Origin: Diplonema japonicum
Taxonomy: Eukaryota; Protista; Euglenozoa: Diplonemea
DNA: 64,000 nt
Reading direction: 5' to 3'
Assembly (NCBI GenBank): GCA_964019335.1
Contig: OZ025737.1
Coordinates: 62,001 to 126,000, forward strand
A program made the translations under genes and the position numbers. Under the pieces are notes generated by a model. It saw only the letters and a list, made by a program, of their open reading frames with translations. It was not told where the DNA came from and made no database searches. Positions 56,410 to 64,000 of this stretch are shown in pieces. Every line of letters starts with the position of its first letter. The stretch's first letter is position 1.

Positions 56410-57025
56410 AAATGATGTTTAAAAAAGTTTAAAAAAAAAAAATGATGATAAAAAATTTTTTGCGGTGTAGAAAGGGTTTAACTTCCTGCAGGGGTTTTTT
56501 TTTAACCTTTGTCTTTCCCCGACCCTTGCTTGAGCGAAGAATTATATTGTTATTTTTTTTTTTTTTTTTTTATTATTTTATAATTAAAGATTAAAAGAAT
56601 TAAGATTAAAAAAGAAGAACACATTCAAACTCTCTGAACAAAAAAAAATTTTTAATTCTTTTTTTTTTTTTTTTTACTCTTTAGTAACTTCTTCTCAGTT
56701 TTACTTTTTCTTTTTTATATATCCTGTCCCTTGAGAATCCCTATATAAAGGCGTTATGGGAAGAAGGGGAAAAAAAAAAAAAAAGAAAAGAAAACCTGTG
56801 TTACATCTCTCTCTTTCCCCCTTTTTAATAAACTTCGGAGTTTAAAACAAGTGTTGCAAAAGGGTCGAAAAAAAAATTAATAATACCTTCCTTATTATTA
56901 ATGCCGTATTTTTTTTTTTTTTTATATATATCTTTTTATATCTTTTTTATAAAAAAAAAAATACAATACTTTCCCTTTTTGTAGTGCAGTTTCATTCACC
57001 GTGTACTTTCCCACGAACGACCCAT

Positions 57026-57066
<41 letters not shown>

Positions 57067-57598
57067 GGGCAGCAAGGCCCTTGGCCAGGCCGCCGCACAG
57101 GTTAGAATCTCTCTGATGTGTCGTCCTTTATGATACACTTGGAGCCGTATGACTTGTGTTACCTTAACGTTAAAAGATCGATTTCCCCCCCCCCCCCCCC
57201 TCCCTTACACCTTCCTCTTTGAGTGATCATTGAGCTGCTCCCCTCTCGCCCCTTTCTTCCTCTCTCCTATTTTCGGAAACCAATTCTTTTTTTTTTTTTT
57301 TTTTTGGCAAAGCCACGATCGATTGCCGTGTTGCCGTGTTGCCGTGCTCGTTATGGTTCTCATGTGGGGGGGAGAAATGAGAACAATAAAAAGAACATCT
57401 ATACGAGACGCACAAATGCCAGAAAATACGGTTTCTTTTTTTTTTTTCCTTTTCTTTTTCTTCTCTTTTTTTGCTCTACATCCCTCTTTTATTTACTGTT
57501 ATTTTTATTTCTTTTTGAAAGGTTCAGCCCACAAATTTCTTTACCCCTTACAACAAGCTTCACATTTAAAAAAACAAAAACAAAAAAAAACCACACAA

Positions 57599-58243
57599 AT
57601 GTCACCTGTGACCTTCACCTACTTCGGTCTGATGGCGAAGGGCTTCGGGCCCATCATGTGCCTGGAGACGCACGGTGTGGAATGGGTGGGGAAGTCAGTG
57701 GCCTTTGAGAACTGGCCTGAGATGAAGAAGAGCGGGGTGTGCCCCTTCGGGCAGCTCCCCATCTTGGAGTGCGAGCACGGTGTGGTGGCGCAGTCTCAGA
57801 CTGTGATGAGGTACGTGGCGAGGAAGGTCCCTGCTGCTGGTGGGAAGGACGAGAAGGAAGGGATCGTGTCGGACATGCTCCTCGGGTTGAGCGAGGACAT
57901 CTTCGACGCCCTTGCCAAGGCACAGCCCACCCTCCTCGCCCCCAAGAAGGACGCTGAAGGGGTGAAGACCTTCTGGGACGAGACCCTCCCCGGGAAGCTC
58001 TCCCACCTGGAGGCCTTCTTGAAGGGGGAGGATTCCTTCACCTCCTCTGGGGTGACCATCGGGGAGCTCGCCCTGTGGTGCATCCTGCACATGATGGTTG
58101 TTGTGGGTCCCTCTTGTTTGGACAAGACCCCCAAGACGAAGGCCTTCTACACCCGCATCCTGAACCTTCCCTCCACACAGAAGGTCATCACCGGGAAGAC
58201 TTCCTTCGGTGACCTTCCCAGCTTCTTCGTGAAGGCAGAGTAA
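57599..58243 (+). CDS. Glutathione S-transferase A, copy 2
   Basis: Same protein as 50556-51200, offset 7043 bp. Confidence 0.92.
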   Translation: MSPVTFTYFGLMAKGFGPIMCLETHGVEWVGKSVAFENWPEMKKSGVCPFGQLPILECEHGVVAQSQTVMRYVARKVPAAGGKDEKEGIVSDMLLGLSEDIFDALAKAQPTLLAPKKDAEGVKTFWDETLPGKLSHLEAFLKGEDSFTSSGVTIGELALWCILHMMVVVGPSCLDKTPKTKAFYTRILNLPSTQKVITGKTSFGDLPSFFVKAE

Positions 58244-58314
58244 GGTCGCTTTGCTTCTCTAGCAAACACAAAAGAAAGATGGTAGGAAAATAGTCCTTCC
58301 TCTTTTCTTCTTTT

Positions 58315-58345
<31 letters not shown>

Positions 58346-58839
58346 GTCGACCTTCTTCTTATTTTAAATGGGTTTTCTCTCTTCTTTCTTGTCTTCATCT
58401 ATAAAAAAAAGATGAAGAAAGAAAAAGAAAAAAAGAAAACAAGTAAACTGCTTTGTACACCCCCCTTCGTTTGCTGAGGGAGGGAGGGAGTGTGTCTGTA
58501 AAGGCTGCCTTCTCACTGTGGTTGTGTGGCCCATTCAAAGACACCTCCTTCCCTCCTCAAACAGCTCCATTCTGGTGTCAAGCACTCCGCCCACTGTGGC
58601 ACAACACTTTTCTCCCTTTTATTATTTTTCCTCTTTACGACTCATACTCGGGGGATGTTTTTTTTTCCCCCTTCTTGGATGATGAATCTTGAAACATCTC
58701 ATCTTTTTTTTTTTCTTTTTCTTCCGAGTTTGAAAAGTGAGCTATTCTGCTTCTTCTTTTTTCTGCCCTTCTCCTCTATTTCACCACCAGGACTGTTTTT
58801 CCTCCTTTAAAAAAAAACCCCCCCTCTTCAAATAAAAAG

Positions 58840-59490
58840 ATGTCGTCCCTGACCTTCTCCTACCTGACGCTGTACGCAAGGGGGTTCCCTCCCATCATGT
58901 GCTTCGAGACGCACGGGGTGGAGTGCAAGGAGAACCCTCTGACGATGGAGACGTGGCCTGCGATGAAGAAGACGGGTATCAGCCCCTTCGGGCAGCTCCC
59001 TCTCCTGGAATGCGAGCACGGTGTGATCACACAGTCACAGAGCATCATGAGGTACGTGGCGAGGAAGGTCCCTGCTGCTGGTGGGAAGGACGAGAAGGAA
59101 GGGATCATATCAGACATGCTCCTCGGGTTGAGCGAGGACCTGTGGGGATCCCTCTCTCAAGCCCAACCATCTCTCTTCGCCCCGAAGAAGGACCCTGAAG
59201 GGGTGAAGGTTCTGTGGGAGGAGACCCTCCCTGGGAAACTGTCCTACCTGGAGGCCTTCTTTCCGAAGGGGCAACAGAACACTTTCACCTCCTCGGGGAA
59301 AACGATCGGGGAGCTCGGTCTCTGGTCCCTCTTGCACATTCTGGTTCTTCTGAAACCCACTTCCCTGGACAAGACCCCCAAGACGAAGGCCTTCTACACC
59401 CGCATCCTGAACCTTCCCTCAACACAGAAGGTGGTCACCGGGAAGACTGTCTACGGCACCCTCACAGACTTCTTCGTGAAGGCAGAATAA
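58840..59490 (+). CDS. Glutathione S-transferase B, copy 2
   Basis: Same protein as 51797-52447; a few synonymous differences near the 3' end. Confidence 0.92.
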   Translation: MSSLTFSYLTLYARGFPPIMCFETHGVECKENPLTMETWPAMKKTGISPFGQLPLLECEHGVITQSQSIMRYVARKVPAAGGKDEKEGIISDMLLGLSEDLWGSLSQAQPSLFAPKKDPEGVKVLWEETLPGKLSYLEAFFPKGQQNTFTSSGKTIGELGLWSLLHILVLLKPTSLDKTPKTKAFYTRILNLPSTQKVVTGKTVYGTLTDFFVKAE

Positions 59491-59940
59491 GAGTACTAAT
59501 AATGTAGAAAGAGGAGGCCTTTCTTGATCCACCTCTCTTTTCGTTGGTCTCCTCTCTCTCTCGCTCTCCCTCCGATACGGATATAACAAAACTATTACTC
59601 GTTATAAAAAAAGAAAAAAGAAAGAAACGTAAGGATCTGGTGTGCGCTGTATGTGCGTTCGAAAGAGCTGCTTTCCGGTTGGTGTGGTTGTGAACAAACC
59701 CCGTCGAAATGTGGCCCATCGAAAGACCAGCACAACCCACTGTGGTTGGTGTTTCCTTTGTGCTTTCCTCTCTCCCTTTTTTTTGGAACATGCAAGCGTA
59801 TTCACATGCTTGCTTGGCTTTCCCTTACTTTCTTTATTTAAAAAAAAAGGAGGGATAAACATTTACATGAGTGGCACAAAGATTTGGAAAGAGCTACTTT
59901 ATACTTAAACAATGTGGCCCGTAGTCGAAATCTTAAAGCT

Positions 59941-59973
<33 letters not shown>

Positions 59974-60124
59974 GTCCCCTCTTTTTCTTTTTTTTTCAAA
60001 TCTTTATCTTCTCTCTGTGCCTCTTATATTCGACAAAAAAAATTTGATTCTTTAATTAATACCCTCCCTTAATTTCCCCGAAAAGAAGGGGAAGGGGAGG
60101 AGGGGGGAAAAAAATTAAAAATAA

Positions 60125-61375
60125 ATGCTGAAACTCGGGGGTCTTGCGAATGTACAAAGCCTCGTAGCAGATGTACGGGAGAGAAAAGCAGCGAGAGAAA
60201 TACCAGCCGTGGCTTATAAAGACGTAGGGGTGATGTTTCTGGAACTGAACGCGTGGACGAAGAAGAAGGCGATGGCAGAGGAGCTCGTCCGAAACAGGTA
60301 CGCGCAAAGCCTCTGCGAAGCAAAGGTGGTGTCGAGAGCTGAACCATCAAAGGTGCTTTACATGCGCGATGGACAGTGGAAACCCGCTACCAGAAAAACG
60401 CTGGGCGCAACAAAAACCTATTCAATCTCACCGAAAAACACCAGAAAACGAGCCCAAACCTCACTAGGAAACATACAACGAGACTTCCCATCTTGCGGAG
60501 ACTGGGGGGTTCGGTATAATGAGTACGATTTGGCACCGCTCAAACTTAACGCAGCAAGACAACGCGCAGATTACCAAACCAAACAGAGAAGACTGAACAC
60601 CATCCGATCTGCTAAGGAAGCAGCAGAGTCATCTGAACAAATGGAGGTCTTCACCAACAAACATGTCCTCAGGGACATCTCCGATGCCACTGTGGAGGAC
60701 AAGCTGAACCGAATGCGCGACGCCCTCTTAAAAATGACCTTGAAAATGGAAAAAAGCCGTTCCTTCTCCCTCAACAAGTATCGTAACACACCATACTCTG
60801 CGTTGTGGAACTGTGTGACACCAGCAGAGGTGAAATCTATGTATGAAAAGTACACGGGGCACGTAAGGTACCACATTACCAAAACGTCGTGGGGGGACAT
60901 ACATTTGGATTTGCGGAGGAAGAACAGAAGGCTTTACGATAAGGCTCTTCAAGAGAGGCCGTTCATCATCTCTGAAGTCTTCAGTGCGCTTGATGTTAGC
61001 AAGGACAAAAAGGCAAGTTTCACTGAGCTTGTGGCTGCACTTGCAACGCTGCTTACCACGCCGTACACGCAGTCGGTACTTCTTGGGGTTTATGAAATTC
61101 TTCGGTTGCGGGATACCAGTATCGCCCCCATAGAGGCCGACACCCTTTATGGTGCTGTTCTTCCTCACGTCCCTCATGAGCCGCGGCACCTCACAGCTTG
61201 GTCTCGTGCGCTTTCGGATTTATCCGACTTAACCGCCACCTTCACCCCCAGCGGGCCCGAGACCACCTGGTCCTTCGACACCTTTCTCGAGATGCTTTTT
61301 CTCGATCAAGCTCCTCTGCAAATCCGCTTCGGTGAGCTTGTCCTCATGAAGCAGGGGAAATCCCCCGCAAGATAA
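60125..61375 (+). CDS. Hypothetical protein with an EF-hand-like motif in the C-terminal part
   Basis: 416 aa ORF; VFSALDVSKDKKASFTELVAAL. Confidence 0.7.
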   Translation: MLKLGGLANVQSLVADVRERKAAREIPAVAYKDVGVMFLELNAWTKKKAMAEELVRNRYAQSLCEAKVVSRAEPSKVLYMRDGQWKPATRKTLGATKTYSISPKNTRKRAQTSLGNIQRDFPSCGDWGVRYNEYDLAPLKLNAARQRADYQTKQRRLNTIRSAKEAAESSEQMEVFTNKHVLRDISDATVEDKLNRMRDALLKMTLKMEKSRSFSLNKYRNTPYSALWNCVTPAEVKSMYEKYTGHVRYHITKTSWGDIHLDLRRKNRRLYDKALQERPFIISEVFSALDVSKDKKASFTELVAALATLLTTPYTQSVLLGVYEILRLRDTSIAPIEADTLYGAVLPHVPHEPRHLTAWSRALSDLSDLTATFTPSGPETTWSFDTFLEMLFLDQAPLQIRFGELVLMKQGKSPAR

Positions 61376-61577
61376 TCATTAGATAGACTTTTTCGTTGTT
61401 CTTTTTTTCTTCTCGTTCTTCTTTTTTGCTTCTTTCTTTCATGTTCTTCTGAATCGATGGTTTCCACTAGCGATTTACGCGTGAAAGAAGAGGTTCAAAA
61501 AACTGCATGTTCACCCCACTCCACCGTATTTCTTGTAGCGTCTCAACAGGAGGTCGATCGGCGATGACCGCTCTGCA

Positions 61578-64000
61578 ATGCCGGTAGGTCTAGCGGTGTT
61601 GGTAGCTTTGGGGGTGGGACAATGTCTGTTGGAAAGGACGCAGGAAGTTGTGTGGGTGGGGTGCACAAAGGTTGAGGTGAAAGTGAAGAATGTGGGAGGA
61701 GGCTTGGCCAATGTGACTGGGGGGCTGGCCTTCGACAACATAGTGCAGGGGCAGTGCGGGAACATGCGAGATGACACATGCATGGACTGGCTGGCGACTC
61801 CTGAAGGCGAGTGCGGGCAAAACGGTGTTGAAGTGAAAAACGGGAGCATTGTGATTGCACAACTGCCAACGAGCCCCCCTTACGTGAAGAATGACACAAA
61901 CCAGGTGATGGTCAACATGGTGTGCAGCAGCTCACCTTTGGATGGATCTTGCAGTTTCGAGAATGTCCAGACTTTTTATGTCCCCCCCAACCCATGCCCC
62001 ACTCCTAAGCTGTCGCCAGCTGCCGTTCACATCACTGAATCAAAATTGTTGAACCTGAAGCAAAACGACACGCTGCCCCTCTCCTTTGCCCTTTCTGACG
62101 GTGTCCTCAACATGTCGTCCATCGATGACTCATGGCTTGTTCTCGAGCCTCCTGGCAACCTTCTTGCTGAGTACTTCAGCATCACGGGCACCGTCACCGC
62201 CAACAATATCGAGCTCCTCCTATCATACAAGGGCACTCCTTGCGTCTGTAAACCCGGCTTCGACGTCACAGGCTGCACGGTCCCTGACATCCATAGGGAT
62301 ACCTCCGTCACTGTGTCTGTGATGGGCAAGCGGGTGAGGCCGCACCTGACAGATCGGATCACATCTCAGATAGTAATCGAGCCTTCGGAGGGCGTGGCGG
62401 AGATCGGACTCCCGTCCCGCTCCATCTCGATCTACGAGCTGCGGGAGAACGGGACCAGCATCACAGTGTTGCTGTGTGGCGAGAGTGTCATCGATGGAAC
62501 CATTGAGTTGAACAAGGTTCTCTCGCTGTCCTCGTCGGTCTTCGCGACGGCCCTTGCAAACCTTACTCTCAAATGGGAGCTGCCAACCGCGGACCGCTCC
62601 TACTTGAAAGTGACAGTCCCCCCGATGCCCAACATGCCTCCTGTCAACGAGACGGTCACGCTCGCCTTGTCCCCCGCCGTGGGACTCTACCTCAAGTCAG
62701 GCTTGCTGCCCTCCTTCCAGCCACTGAGCTTTCTGGTCCATGACTATTGCGCTGGAACAGAGTGCCCCATGACATCCTGCCCCGAAGGGTTCACCACATC
62801 CCTCGTCGACCATTCATGCGTGGAGTGCCCTAGGTGCACGCACGGCTTCTGCACCATAGGACCCAAATGCATGTGCGACCCTGGGTACCAAGGGGCTCAT
62901 TGCGGGGGTTACACGACGACCGCCGTTGCAGGGGTCGTCGCGAGCGGTGCTGTCATTGCCACCGTCTCGTTAGATGTGGCCATGGGGGGCTCTATTGTAG
63001 CTCCCATCAACACCATCACCACGCTGCAGCTGTTGTATGTAATAGGCAGCATGCCTGCTTCGAACGATGTAGGGAGGGAGTCGGTGTCGGGGCTGAAGAT
63101 CATTGTGTACCCATTCACCATAGACTACGACGGCGGTGGGAAACACACAAAGGAGCTGCTGGCGACGCTTGTACTGCATGTCGGCTTGACACTCATCCCG
63201 CTGCTGCTGCTGCTTATAAGGTGGGTTTCAACTCCCGTGTCGTACAGACGAACGCGGAGTGTGGCCGGTGATGTGCTGTTCCCGAACCTCATCGTCCTCG
63301 TGATGCACCTCTGCATTGTGCCACTGGTCACCGCCTCCATCTCGGGGATATCAGAGGGTGTCAATGCTGTGACTGTGTCCAGCATGCTATGGACCGTGTG
63401 CTCTGTGCTGGGGTACTTTGCGTTCTTGGTGTGGTTCCGTTTCTCACGGATGCACGGCCCGCAGAGCAGGGTGGAGTACCTCAACTTCAACATGGGGAAC
63501 TCACTCAGCAACGCCACCTGCGCTATTTCATCACCTAAACGGCAGCGCGCCATGCCGAGATGCCTCACCGCATGGCTGCCAACAGGGTACTGGAGCTGCA
63601 GGCATCTCAAGGACAGATCCTTTTTGCATAAGTACGCGGTTCTGTTTGATGATTTGTTGCCAGAGTCTGTTGATTGGTACCCGATGGCGTCGTTTGGGAG
63701 ATTGGTGGTACTTGCGGCCTTAGCGGCACACAGGTCGTGGGGGGGCAAGGCGAGGATGGTGTTGGTGTTTGTTCTCTCGCTGTGCTACCTCGTAACGCTG
63801 CTGTTGAAAAGGCCGTTCAAGTGCATGGGCTCAAACTCCGTGAGCTCTGTCTGCCACACATGCTTCACCCTCGCCACGCTGGTGTTCCTCGTGTGGGAAG
63901 CTATGGTAGCACCCGTTCTCATTCTAATGGCGGTAGTGGTGGTTGGATCTGCAGTGTGGAGCGCCATCGTATTCCTTGCCACCAAACGGAGGTACGACCC
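61578..64000 (+). CDS. Signal-peptide, EGF-like, multi-pass membrane protein; runs off the window end and is missing from the ORF track
   Basis: Frame starts MPVGLAVLVALGVGQC. The same frame gives CPRCTHGFCTIGPKCMCDPGYQGAHC near 62826-62908, followed by several hydrophobic helices. I translated only parts, not every codon. Confidence 0.8.
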   Translation, partial: MPVGLAVLVALGVGQCLLERTQEVVWVGCTKVEVKVKNVGGGLANVTGGLAFDNIVQGQCGNMRDDTCMDWLATPEGECGQNGVEVKNGSIVIAQLPTSPPYVKNDTNQVMVNMVCSSSPLDGSCSFENVQTFYVPPNPCPTPKLSPAAVHITESKLLNLKQNDTLPLSFALSDGVLNMSSIDDSWLVLEPPGNLLAEYFSITGTVTANNIELLLSYKGTPCVCKPGFDVTGCTVPDIHRDTSVTVSVMGKRVRPHLTDRITSQIVIEPSEGVAEIGLPSRSISIYELRENGTSITVLLCGESVIDGTIELNKVLSLSSSVFATALANLTLKWELPTADRSYLKVTVPPMPNMPPVNETVTLALSPAVGLYLKSGLLPSFQPLSFLVHDYCAGTECPMTSCPEGFTTSLVDHSCVECPRCTHGFCTIGPKCMCDPGYQGAHCGGYTTTAVAGVVASGAVIATVSLDVAMGGSIVAPINTITTLQLLYVIGSMPASNDVGRESVSGLKIIVYPFTIDYDGGGKHTKELLATLVLHVGLTLIPLLLLLIRWVSTPVSYRRTRSVAGDVLFPNLIVLVMHLCIVPLVTASISGISEGVNAVTVSSMLWTVCSVLGYFAFLVWFRFSRMHGPQSRVEYLNFNMGNSLSNATCAISSPKRQRAMPRCLTAWLPTGYWSCRHLKDRSFLHKYAVLFDDLLPESVDWYPMASFGRLVVLAALAAHRSWGGKARMVLVFVLSLCYLVTLLLKRPFKCMGSNSVSSVCHTCFTLATLVFLVWEAMVAPVLILMAVVVVGSAVWSAIVFLATKRRYD

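Larger units (their letters stand above)
50548..59480 (+). repeat. Direct repeat of about 1.9 kb (50548-52437 and 57591-59480) bracketing the DyP gene
   Basis: Both GST CDSs and their 596-bp spacer are essentially identical at a 7043-bp offset. Confidence 0.95.

Noticed and set aside
57061-57168. TTAAAGG...CCTTAA segment resembling a Kolobok or piggyBac MITE
   Set aside because: The ends are not inverted repeats beyond a few bases.
57230-57598. N-terminal extension of GST-A copy 2 in the ORF track
   Set aside because: Low-complexity sequence from a non-ATG start; identity with copy 1 begins just before the ATG at 57599.

Overview
This is eukaryotic nuclear DNA with about 30 host protein-coding genes, all on the + strand. 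Intergenic DNA is dominated by homopolymer runs, and there are 13 distinct very short (35-64 nt) GT-AG introns. That combination suggests a euglenozoan, probably a diplonemid, with polycistronic transcription (inference). Recognisable genes: F-box/TMEM185-like protein, UGGT, a multi-domain RNA-binding protein, a Fringe-like GT31 glycosyltransferase, a NIF/FCP1-type phosphatase, an MLO-like protein, AP-4 sigma, a cyclic-nucleotide-binding channel, two ankyrin proteins, four near-identical RPL4 copies, an LRR/coiled-coil protein, a GST-GST / DyP-fusion / GST-GST cluster, an EF-hand protein and a truncated EGF/multi-TM protein. Mobile DNA: a decayed piggyBac, a piggyBac-type MITE, a decayed pogo-like element, and a tyrosine-recombinase (Crypton-type) element with a 160-bp hairpin plus two non-coding relatives. 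The strongest leads are (1) a mitochondrion-targeted DyP peroxidase fused to an unknown domain, with CPV heme-regulatory-like motifs and flanked by duplicated GST pairs that share downstream motifs; (2) the hairpin-ended tyrosine-recombinase element family; (3) an RNA-binding protein that reuses the CysRS anticodon-binding module; (4) introns without a polypyrimidine tract and biased to gene 3' ends. All family calls are by motif recognition only; no database was searched.
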